Translations under genes and position numbers: made by a program | Shown: piece by piece, positions 55,829 through 64,000 of the stretch | Layout of the letters: each line of letters starts with the position of its first letter | Numbering within the stretch: position 1 is the stretch's first letter | Origin: a virus | Lineage: Duplodnaviria; Caudoviricetes | Length of the DNA: 64,000 nt | Direction: 5' to 3' (one strand) | Virus record (IMG/VR): IMGVR_UViG_2857096214_000002 | Span: 408-64,407 of that record | The notes under the pieces: model-generated | What the model saw: only the letters and a program-made list of their open reading frames with translations | Told to the model about the DNA's origin: nothing | Database searches by the model: none

Positions 55829-56971
55829 TCAGTTCGTCACGGCCTGCACCACGGCGTAATCCGTGATGAGTCCGAGCCCGAAGATCGAATACCAGGCCAG
55901 AGCGTGTTCACGGCCGAAGTCGAGCACGCCCCCATCGCGCAGTTCGACGGGCAGAGAGATGGCGTGACCCGCGGCATTGTCCCCGATTACCAAAGCACGG
56001 TAGAGGGGATTCGCGGGGGCGTTCGGGTTCGACGGAGTCGACGTGACGGCCGGAATTGCGGGGGTCGATCCGGAGGCGGTGCGGGCGGGCTGACCGCCCC
56101 ACGTCTGCGCGGAATTCGTCGGGATATTCGTCCCGAGCTGCTGGGTCGCCGGCGGAGTCGTGTTGCCCTGGAAGACCTGAGTTGTCTCGATGAACACGAC
56201 ATCGTTCAGACGTCCGATTTCTCCCAGCATGAAGTTGCCGGGAGCCGCATACTTTGTCACCTCGATGAACTCCGGATCATCGCGGAGACGGCGCGACTGA
56301 TGAGGATGTACGAATGCAACGTACGTCTCGCCCAGACGGGGGACGTTCTTCGTCGCGAGGGTCTCCACGCAGTCCTTGACCAGGGCAGACGTGAAGTAGA
56401 AGCCGCCGTTCGTGGCCATCGTTGCTTCGCTGTCCGCAAACATGCCGCGGTCGTAGGGCGAGATCGGAGTGCGGGTGGCGCCAGCCGACCAGGAGGCCAG
56501 CTTGTCATACCCATACAGCACCGACGGGGCGCCCATGAAGGTGTCCCTCGCGAGCGCATCGATGTAGGTAGCCATGTTCCTCCCCAGCAGACGCGCGCCG
56601 GAGGCCATGACGTCGTCGAAACTCGCATTCAGGAGGAGTTCCGTTACAGCGATTGCGAAGCCGTGCTCCGCGACCGTAATAGTGATCTGCTCGGCAGACA
56701 GTGCGTGAGTTTCCATGCGCACGCCCTCGACGAGCTGCTGAGCCCCGTCGAGCGAGCGATACCGCATGAAATTCACGGTGAGGCCGGGGGCAGTCCCAAG
56801 CTCCGTCTTCTTCACAAGAAATTGTTCGAAGCGGAGCACCGGCATCGCCTGAAAGAGCACCTCCTTCGACCAAATAGTTTGGATCGCCGGAGTGAGCATT
56901 GTGGAGTTCGCCGCCTGGTACGCGGTGGGCGTCGGCGACAGGACCGGAGTCCCAGTGATTCCGCTTGCCAC
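55829..56971 (-). CDS. major capsid protein (N4-gp56 family)
   Basis: F.AMP.LRFEQF..KKT.L...PG, L.EG, E.G, HP.Q...L..D, GEIG....V.F.ET, DFGR...LAWY. Confidence 0.92.
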   Translation of the reverse strand: MASGITGTPVLSPTPTAYQAANSTMLTPAIQTIWSKEVLFQAMPVLRFEQFLVKKTELGTAPGLTVNFMRYRSLDGAQQLVEGVRMETHALSAEQITITVAEHGFAIAVTELLLNASFDDVMASGARLLGRNMATYIDALARDTFMGAPSVLYGYDKLASWSAGATRTPISPYDRGMFADSEATMATNGGFYFTSALVKDCVETLATKNVPRLGETYVAFVHPHQSRRLRDDPEFIEVTKYAAPGNFMLGEIGRLNDVVFIETTQVFQGNTTPPATQQLGTNIPTNSAQTWGGQPARTASGSTPAIPAVTSTPSNPNAPANPLYRALVIGDNAAGHAISLPVELRDGGVLDFGREHALAWYSIFGLGLITDYAVVQAVTN

Positions 56972-56994
56972 GGGTGCCTCTCATTCCGTGTTCG

Positions 56995-57026
56995 GCCGCC
57001 GGAATGAGTAGGAATGAAGGGCGGAC
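56995..57026 (-). promoter_or_regulatory. 32-bp conserved element, copy 2 (upstream of capsid)
   Basis: + strand GCCGCCGGAATGAGTAGGAATGAAGGGCGGAC. Confidence 0.7.
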
Positions 57027-57041
57027 TAGCGAGGGAGCGGG

Positions 57042-57878
57042 TCAGTCGAACAGCCCGCGATTGCTGGAGTTTGTTGCTGCCGCACCGAGAAGCTGCGAGC
57101 GGTACTTCGCGAACTCGCTCATCGGCATATTTTTGATGTCCTCGACCGAAAGCTGCCGGGCGCCAGCGTCCCCATCGGTGGGGCCGTTGCCGGTGTAACC
57201 GGTCGTGCTCACGCCCCGCATCTGGGAACGTGCCTGCTGCTGGGCCGCGGTGACCGACTGGAAAATGGCGTCGGTCTTGGCCCTGAGCAGTTCGATCGAA
57301 GCGTCGACCTCTTCCCGGGTGTTACCGGTGACCAGGTCGACCAGTTCGGGAGCGATATTCGACCGCTCCGCGTTGACTCGTTCCTGAATGTACGCGCGCA
57401 AGGCGTTGTACTCGGCTTCCTTGGCAAGGGCCGCACGCTCCTGCTCGCGCTCCGCCTGAAGCTCCTGGAACTTGCGCTCCCACTCAGTGGAACGCTCCTC
57501 CACCAGCTTCTTGGCGGACATCTCCGCTTCGGCCCGCTCCTTGGCCGCCTGTTCCTCCGCGGCCTGGCGCTCGGCCTCCTCACGCTGGCGGGCCTCACGC
57601 TCCTCGCGCAGGGTCGTCAGCTCGGCCTCCATCGCCTGGAGCCGCTCGTCCCCCTTCTGCATGCGGGAGTAGAGCTTCTCCTTCTCCTCCGACCGCGCCT
57701 TCTCGATGTCAGCGGCGGTGAAGGTGCGGCCCGGGGCCGGCTGCTGTGCCGGCGGGTTGGCCTCGGTGCGGACGGTCACTGTCCCGTCGGCGTTCGCCTG
57801 TGCACCGCTGCCCGGATGAGCCGGGGGCGTGGGCTTCGGCGGGTTGGGCGGAGACGGGGTCGGGTTCTCGGGGGGCAT
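57042..57878 (-). CDS. capsid scaffolding protein
   Basis: Long E/A/R coiled coil between portal and capsid; I..M.MSE.A.YR..LL C-terminus. Confidence 0.85.
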   Translation of the reverse strand: MPPENPTPSPPNPPKPTPPAHPGSGAQANADGTVTVRTEANPPAQQPAPGRTFTAADIEKARSEEKEKLYSRMQKGDERLQAMEAELTTLREEREARQREEAERQAAEEQAAKERAEAEMSAKKLVEERSTEWERKFQELQAEREQERAALAKEAEYNALRAYIQERVNAERSNIAPELVDLVTGNTREEVDASIELLRAKTDAIFQSVTAAQQQARSQMRGVSTTGYTGNGPTDGDAGARQLSVEDIKNMPMSEFAKYRSQLLGAAATNSSNRGLFD

Positions 57879-57901
57879 TTCCTACACTCCAGTGCGGGGT
57901 A

Positions 57902-57933
57902 GCCGCCGGAACGAGTAGTAATGAGAGGCGGAC
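57902..57933 (-). promoter_or_regulatory. 32-bp conserved element, copy 1 (upstream of scaffold)
   Basis: + strand GCCGCCGGAACGAGTAGTAATGAGAGGCGGAC; 28/32 identical to copy 2. Confidence 0.7.
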
Positions 57934-57936
57934 GGT

Positions 57937-59655
57937 TCAGTCGTTTTCCGGATTTCTCCGCTGGGCGATTTTCGTGCCCTTGGAGAGCGTCACGAGTTCA
58001 CTGAGGACCGATTCGATGTCCTGACCGCGGCCTGTGCCGGGAAGACCTGGCAGAGGGCCGGCGGCGGTCGCTCCCGACTTGGTGGCGTCCTTCGTGCCAC
58101 TCGCGGGGGCAGGCGGCGGGCTTTCCACGCCTTCAGGCGGCAATCCCGTTTTCTGCAAGATAGCGCTGGCAATTTGAGCCTTGATATATTCCAGCGCTCC
58201 GTCTTCCTTGGCCTCCGTGAGACGCTCGTCGAAGATCTCCGCCATCTTCTCGTCGACGAAGACCTCGCCCAGGTCCCGCAGGGCTCCACGCTTTGATTCC
58301 AGACCGAGCGCGAGCTTCGCCTGGACCTCGTTGAGCATGACCAATTCGTCGACCGGAAGCGGGGGCGGCCAGTCGCACGTGGTGTCGTAGACATCGGGGT
58401 CGCGGGGGTCGACGACGAGAGGCTGTTCCTCGGAAGTACGGATGCCCTGGGTATCGGGGTTGTAGATGCGGGTCTCGGGCTCGTACAGGAAGAGCGTGCG
58501 CAGGACGAGTTCGTTGATCCGGCGCAGGCCCTCGGTGTAGTTGGTCTGCTTGAGCGAGTACCGCTGCATCAACGGGAAGAATTGAATGGAGAGGGCAACT
58601 CCACTCGTATTCGAGATCGCCTGAGCCTGCCCCAGGGCTGATTCCGGGACGCCCGTCAGCTCGTGCATGGAGCGCTTGATCAGGTCCAGGTAGGCCAAAG
58701 GGCCCGCCAAATCAACGCCGTTCTCCAAATTGAAAACGTTGGCATCCTTGGGCAGACCGCCCCAGATCTTGCGGGCGCCGCGCTCCAGGTTGCTTGCCTT
58801 CGCCCCGGTGATGATCGTGACGGGAGCGGAGTGGTAATTCACGATGTCCGAGATCTCGGTGGCCTTTTCGTTGAACTCGCGGTTCAGCGGGATGACGTCC
58901 ACGATGTCGGCCAGGCCCCAGGGCGACCCGGAGATGGAGATGTTCCGGATGTGCACGATCGGGATCGTTCCGAGGGGGTTTTCACGGGCGTCGAGCAGCT
59001 CGTCGTTGACGTACTCCTCAATGAATTCGTCCGTGATGATCTCGGTGTAGGTGTAGACGGCGCGGGTCCCCTCCATCGAGGTGCCCCAGAACTTGTACTT
59101 GATCTTGAACCGGAGCAAGCGGTAATCGATCCCGGTCATGCGGGTGATACTCCGGAAAACACTGTGCAGCGTTCAGCGGAAGAATCCTCACGCGACCGGG
59201 ATGCTCATTTCCTGCCGGGTCGATCCATGTGGGTTCGTAGGCGACTTTGACGAAGGAGTCCCCAGAGACTCCGCCGTTCTCGCCCATCTGCCAGAGCAAG
59301 CTCTTCTTGTCGTTGTCGACGTTCCAGGCCCTGTCGAGAAGGGCGGGAACGATGTGCTCGTACCGCTTCTCGGACTGGAAGTGGACGCCCCTGCCGAAGG
59401 TGAAATTCGTGATGTAGCGGGAGAGCGCGCCGACGTAGTTGATGGTGACGTTGGGCTCGCCGGCCTCGCGCTTATATGCCCAGTGGTACCCGAGGTACCA
59501 GGCCCAGTGATTGGAGTAGCGCGTCAGACGAGGGCCGTGGACTTCGGTAATTCAAACTCCTCGTCCGCCAGCTCGACCAGGCCCAAGGGGCTGACCGAAA
59601 CGGTCAGGTCCGAGGCGCTGGCCCGCATGCTGGGGGAAACAAAGGCGATTGACAT
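57937..59655 (-). CDS. portal protein (SPP1 gp6-like), split into three reading-frame segments by two TTA-containing gaps
   Basis: NPLG.IP.VH..N...S..GL.D, SG.AL, V.W..PLP; skipping 8 nt at 59543-59550 and 7 nt at 59119-59125 gives a continuous ~567-aa ORF. Confidence 0.85.
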
Positions 59656-59668
59656 GGCATCACCCCCT

Positions 59669-60382
59669 CTACGTCGGTGCGCCGACGATAGGAACGTCGG
59701 GCCCGCTGCCCCACGGGAGCTTGATCGCGTAGATGTGCGGCCACATGTAGGCCGGCTCCGCGGTCTTGCTGCTGGTGGCGGCGCCGACGACGCTCAGGCC
59801 GAGGCCGATGCGGCAGCCGATGCCGGCCGGCAGGGTCTCGATGTGCCAGGCCGAGAGCGTCTGGTAGACGCCGGTCTGAAGGGCACGCGCACGGTCGGAG
59901 TAGACGGACTCGCCGTCGCGCTTGATCTGGAGAGCGCCCATCATGACGGCGGACGTCGTGCCGTCCGTCCAGCGCATGTTCACTGCGACCCCGCAGATCA
60001 ACAGGGTCTTGACCGTGCTGGAGGGGACCACCAGCGAGTGGGCCAGGTAGTTCGACGAGGTGCCGTTGATGGTGAACGACGTGGTGCGGTCGGTGACCAG
60101 GGCCCACGGGGCGACGCTGAGGCCGGCCACCTGCCCCTGCAAGGTGGTGATCTGGGACTGCTGCGTCGTCTGCGTGGTGTTGAGCGAACCGATGGAGGCG
60201 GAGGCGTCGACCAGAGTGGGGCTCAGCGGTCCCGTGGGCGCAGTTGCTCCCCCGATCACGTTTTTGAGCAACGTGTCCAGGGGGTCAGCGAGAGAGGCGA
60301 GGTCCACCGGTACGTCGGGGACCGCACCTTCGCTCGGGATCGGCAAGTGCGCCCAGGGCGTGGTCTGGCCGGGGTTGGTCAC
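59669..60382 (-). CDS. minor structural / fibre-like protein
   Basis: L.IP....VPDVP.DL..LA..LD N-terminal motif; short coiled coil. Confidence 0.55.
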   Translation of the reverse strand: MTNPGQTTPWAHLPIPSEGAVPDVPVDLASLADPLDTLLKNVIGGATAPTGPLSPTLVDASASIGSLNTTQTTQQSQITTLQGQVAGLSVAPWALVTDRTTSFTINGTSSNYLAHSLVVPSSTVKTLLICGVAVNMRWTDGTTSAVMMGALQIKRDGESVYSDRARALQTGVYQTLSAWHIETLPAGIGCRIGLGLSVVGAATSSKTAEPAYMWPHIYAIKLPWGSGPDVPIVGAPT

Positions 60383-60392
60383 AGGTCAGCCC

Positions 60393-60788
60393 TCAGTCGA
60401 CGCGGGCGTAGTTCCGGCGCTCGTGCCGGCCTTCACCGCGGTCGACGCTGGAGTACTTCAGCTCCTGCTCGGATGCGCCTTCCGCCATGGCGGAGATGAA
60501 AGTCGGAGCCTCCGGCCAGGAGGCCGAGCCCACATGAGCGCGCTCGCGCATCGTCTCCTCGGGGCTCTTCTCGAAGACGTTGGCGTTGTGGTTGCTTCGG
60601 CCCGGCGGTGTGCGGTAGCCCTGCATCACGCCTTCGCCGAATTCCCGCGGGATGTCGGAATCGGAGGCCACGCCCTCCTGGAAACGCAGGGGGCCACGGC
60701 GGGACGGGTTGTTGGCCGTCTTCCGCTCGTAAAAGCGGTCGGCGGACTCCTGGAACTTCGGGTCCGGGGCGAGAGGACTCTGCGCCAT
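60393..60788 (-). CDS. conserved phage hypothetical protein
   Basis: GGAGG SD; RRGPLRFQEG, ERAHVGSA.W motifs. Confidence 0.7.
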   Translation of the reverse strand: MAQSPLAPDPKFQESADRFYERKTANNPSRRGPLRFQEGVASDSDIPREFGEGVMQGYRTPPGRSNHNANVFEKSPEETMRERAHVGSASWPEAPTFISAMAEGASEQELKYSSVDRGEGRHERRNYARVD

Positions 60789-60856
60789 GGTGGGGCCTCC
60801 AATTTGAGACGTCTCACCAAGGACGCTAAACACGCCATTTTTCGCGCCGATAATGG

Positions 60857-62416
60857 CTACCAGGGGGAGTTGTGCATCTCGGCTTCCGGCATGGCGATAT
60901 CCGCCGTCAGGTAGAGGGCGTTCGCGAGGCTGTCCACGTAGTCATCGTGGGCTGCGTCTACCTCGGGAGCGGCCACGATGATGTGGGGGCCCTGGTAGGT
61001 GAGTTCCGCGTCTTCCATCTGCTGCCGGAACCGGCGCCAGTTTTTCGTCTGCCGGGTCTTCGCGTGGGCCGGCCAGATGACGAGGCCCTTGGACATGAGA
61101 TCCATGGTGTGGGCCCAACGCTTGGTCTGGTTGGTGCGGTCGCTCTTGAGGTCGACGATCTGCGCGTACGGCATGAGGACACGAAGCCGACTGGCGACGA
61201 CGTCGCCCAGGCCGCCGGCGTCGATGCCGATGGCGAAGACGTTGTAGTGGTTCAGGAAATCAACGATCCGGTAGTACTGGCTTTCCCAGTCCATGCCGGT
61301 CAGGTCTAGCCAGTTGAGTACGCGATGTTCGAAGTAGCCGTATTCATCGGGATAGTCCCAGTTGACCCAGCACACGGTGACGACCGTGGAGTCTGCTTTT
61401 CTTGCGGGATCGATGCCGACAACGACGGGAGAGCGGTGCCATTCCTGGACCACACGCATGGAGACATCGCCCAGGGCATCGAACCGGTCGCTCGTGACGA
61501 GCATGCCTTTGTCGAGGAGCCAGATGAGGCGGTAGCTCAGCTTGAATTCGTCGGACTCCTCGCCGAGGCGCTCCTTCTCGGACTCGACGAACTTCCGGTA
61601 ACGCGGGACGTGTTTGGAGACCTCTTTCCAGTCGACCTGGAAGTGGTCGGTCTTCCTGCCTTTCCGGTTGGCCTCGCGCTTGTTCTTCTGGATTTGCTCG
61701 TAGAACCCGTTCTTCGTGTAGGACGGGGTTCCCGTCATGCACAGGGTGCCCGCGGTGCTGGACAGCATGGGGGCAATCGACTTGTTCAAGACCTTGTCGT
61801 CGGCGGCCTGGGCCTCGTCGATGATGACCAGGTGGTAGGTCTGCCCTTCGATCTGTGCTTTCGGGTGGGCGGTCTGCTTCCGGATATGGGAGCCGCAGCG
61901 CTTGAGCCGCAGCAGCTTCCCGCGGGTGATGAGCTTGTCGTCGATATCGGGGTCAGCGAGCACGTCTTGGGCGCGCTCGGAGGTGAGCCGGCCGGTGATG
62001 CGGGTGAAAAGCGTCTCCGACATTTCGTCGGTCGGGGCGAAGACGCCGACCCACAGCCCCTCGGCGAATTTCCCCAGCAGCTTGGGGAAGAGCTTGGCCA
62101 GCCGAGGCAACATGATCGCCGCGCCGACCACGGTGTCCGCGACGGTCTCGGACTTGCCGCTCTGCCGGGACCACAGGGCGGTGATCTTGGCGGAGTCCTC
62201 GGTGATGAGGCTCTCCAGAATCCGGCGGGCGAGGGGGAGTTGGTAGGGGCGCAGCGGGTGGCCGGACAGGTCGTCGATGACCAGGATGATCTTGCTGATG
62301 ATGTCCTCGATGAGGGCCTGGTCGTCGAGGCTGTTGGCGGCCGGCTCGCTCTCTTCGGGCACGCCCAGGGTCAGCTCGTGTTCGGTGGCGTCGAGCGGCG
62401 TGGTCCTGGTCCCCAT
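60857..62416 (-). CDS. terL: terminase large subunit
   Basis: SRQSGKS Walker A, LVIIDEAQ Walker B, TGTP, GIDPAR, HDDYVDSLA. Confidence 0.93.
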   Translation of the reverse strand: MGTRTTPLDATEHELTLGVPEESEPAANSLDDQALIEDIISKIILVIDDLSGHPLRPYQLPLARRILESLITEDSAKITALWSRQSGKSETVADTVVGAAIMLPRLAKLFPKLLGKFAEGLWVGVFAPTDEMSETLFTRITGRLTSERAQDVLADPDIDDKLITRGKLLRLKRCGSHIRKQTAHPKAQIEGQTYHLVIIDEAQAADDKVLNKSIAPMLSSTAGTLCMTGTPSYTKNGFYEQIQKNKREANRKGRKTDHFQVDWKEVSKHVPRYRKFVESEKERLGEESDEFKLSYRLIWLLDKGMLVTSDRFDALGDVSMRVVQEWHRSPVVVGIDPARKADSTVVTVCWVNWDYPDEYGYFEHRVLNWLDLTGMDWESQYYRIVDFLNHYNVFAIGIDAGGLGDVVASRLRVLMPYAQIVDLKSDRTNQTKRWAHTMDLMSKGLVIWPAHAKTRQTKNWRRFRQQMEDAELTYQGPHIIVAAPEVDAAHDDYVDSLANALYLTADIAMPEAEMHNSPW

Positions 62417-62521
62417 GTCGGCGAAGCTAAATCGCCGCAAATATGGACAGATAATCCCCGTAGAGGCATCAATGCATGGAAGTCCCTGACTACCTATGCG
62501 TTACGCGGCTAGGGTGCCTCC

Positions 62522-63547
62522 ATGCCAACCAGCACGAGCACGCCCGCCTGGGCCGACCGCAACCGCCGTAGCCGCAACGTCGACATGGACCTGCCCACGT
62601 TCCTGTCGCGCTGGGAGAAGCAGATCAGCAGCCGGGAGACCTGGCGGAAGTACCGGCCCTACTTCGACCTCTTCCTTCTGTGGATGGAGCGCTACAGCGA
62701 CCACGCAGACATCGAGGTACTGAAGGACGCCGGCGTCGAGGAGCTGGAGGACTACTTCGACTACCTCAAGTCCCCCCACTGGGACGGCCACCCCGGCGAC
62801 TGCGTTACCGAATGCGTCAGCCTGCCCTACGAAACCCCGAGCCTGAAGGCGAAGTACGACGCCCTCAGCTCGGCCTTCAACTACGCCGGCGTCCTCCAGC
62901 TCCGCCGCACCAACCCTGTCAAGGCCATCAAGCTCGAAAAGCGGCAGCGCAAGCAGCGCCTGATCCTGCTGCCCTGGGAAATCGGCGACGTCATGGGGGC
63001 CGCCCGCCAGACATCCATCCGATCCGCGGTCGCCAACGGAATGGCCATCGGCCCCGGCCTGCGATGCGACGAGATCGAAAACGTGGACGTCGAGCGGTTC
63101 TACCAGGTCCCCCGGGGGCGAATGCTGCGCTTCCAACGCAAGGGCGGCGACTGGACGGACATCGACATCCCGCGCCCGCTCGAACCCCTCCTGGACGAGC
63201 ACCTCGACGGCCGCACCGAAGGGCCGCTCATCATGTCCACCGGCCGGCGCACCCGCAACCAGGAGACCGGCCGACTCGAACACACCCGCCTCGACGCCTC
63301 CGGCATCTACCGCATGGTCCAGGAAGCCGGCCGCGAATGCGGCTTCAAGATCGGCCCACACGACGGCCGCGCCACCTCCATCACCCTCGCCCTGGTCGAC
63401 CCGGCCAAGCCCAAGCACGACCGGATCATGAACTACTACGGGCACAAGGACTTCAGCACCACCATGATCTACCGCCACGCCTCCCGCCTCCCGGCCGGCC
63501 ACCACCGCAACCCCTACGGCATCGACTGGAGGACCCAGGCCCCTTAA
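62522..63547 (+). CDS. tyrosine recombinase / integrase
   Basis: GLRCDEI (R), KGG (K), PHDGRAT (HxxR), GH....TT.IY (H,Y). Confidence 0.9.
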   Translation: MPTSTSTPAWADRNRRSRNVDMDLPTFLSRWEKQISSRETWRKYRPYFDLFLLWMERYSDHADIEVLKDAGVEELEDYFDYLKSPHWDGHPGDCVTECVSLPYETPSLKAKYDALSSAFNYAGVLQLRRTNPVKAIKLEKRQRKQRLILLPWEIGDVMGAARQTSIRSAVANGMAIGPGLRCDEIENVDVERFYQVPRGRMLRFQRKGGDWTDIDIPRPLEPLLDEHLDGRTEGPLIMSTGRRTRNQETGRLEHTRLDASGIYRMVQEAGRECGFKIGPHDGRATSITLALVDPAKPKHDRIMNYYGHKDFSTTMIYRHASRLPAGHHRNPYGIDWRTQAP

Positions 63548-63560
63548 GCGAATATCCGCG

Positions 63561-63614
63561 AAAAACCCTCCCTGCCTACGGTCGAAACCACCGGCCACGC
63601 ACGGGAGGGTTTTT
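63561..63614 (+). terminator. 12-bp inverted repeat (terminator and/or SD-sequestering hairpin)
   Basis: AAAAACCCTCCC...GGGAGGGTTTTT; the 3' arm contains the SD of the 63617 gene. Confidence 0.55.
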
Positions 63615-63616
63615 CC

Positions 63617-64000
63617 ATGGCGCTGCACGGATTCAGCGACGACGAAATCCGCGAATACATCCTCAGCTCGCGCGAGCAGCTCGGCCCCCGCAAGTTCGCC
63701 GCCCTCGTGCGGGCCTTCCACCTCGGCGACGACCAGGGCCTGCTCACCCAGCGGCCCACCAATACGAGCAACCCGCCCCGGCCGCGGACCATGGCGGCCG
63801 GCTACGACTACCGGTCCAAGACGATGTTCGTGCGATTCCGCGGCGAGAAGATCGCCAAGGGCCTCTACCGCGACGGGGTCGGATACGAGTACTACAACGT
63901 CACCCGCCGCGAATGGAACCGGTTCCGCGACGCCCCCTCGCCCGGCAGGCTGATCAACACCCACTTCAACAACAAGCCCTACAGCCCGGCCGCCTGGTGA
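63617..64000 (+). CDS. KTSC-domain protein
   Basis: AAGYD....TMFVRF...YEYYNV....W..F..A.SPGR.IN. Confidence 0.85.
   Translation: MALHGFSDDEIREYILSSREQLGPRKFAALVRAFHLGDDQGLLTQRPTNTSNPPRPRTMAAGYDYRSKTMFVRFRGEKIAKGLYRDGVGYEYYNVTRREWNRFRDAPSPGRLINTHFNNKPYSPAAW

Noticed and set aside
59119-59553. ATTACCG insertions as transposon footprints or recombination sites
   Set aside because: No transposase or consistent target duplication; the gaps differ in length (8 and 7 nt) yet both place TTA in frame with matched codons, which fits recoding better. Not fully excluded.
1-64000. tRNA, rRNA, reverse transcriptase/DGR, IS elements
   Set aside because: None recognisable by eye and intergenic gaps are short; tRNAscan/Infernal would be needed to exclude small RNAs formally.

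Overview
The window is almost entirely one high-GC tailed-phage (or prophage/phage-plasmid) genome with a contractile tail. The host is most likely Streptomyces or a related actinomycete, judged from WhiB, the amidase endolysin and the near absence of TTA codons. Most genes are on the minus strand. From right to left they encode: terminase, portal, scaffold, N4-gp56-type major capsid, head-tail genes, sheath, tube, chaperone, tape measure, baseplate and fibres; a full replication/recombination module (HTH initiator, DnaC-like loader, DnaB, primase, SNF2 helicase, SSB, PolA, RecA, Cas4-like nuclease, RuvC-like resolvase); WhiB and SpoVS-like regulators; a lysis cassette; and a TGT/DpdA-like gene. 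A tyrosine recombinase and a KTSC gene diverge at the right end. The most striking signal is translational recoding. The essential portal gene is broken at two points, each an in-frame rare TTA (bldA-dependent) codon flanked by matching take-off and landing codons (GAA-TTACC-GAA and CGA-TTAC-CGC). This suggests tandem hungry-codon ribosomal bypassing that would tie virion assembly to host developmental state. Also notable: a start-less tail-chaperone extension reachable by a +1 shift at TTT_CGC; a gp25 baseplate protein fused to a poly-gamma-glutamate-hydrolase-like domain; and a 32-bp element repeated before the scaffold, capsid and tube genes. All calls come from motif recognition by eye; no searches were run.
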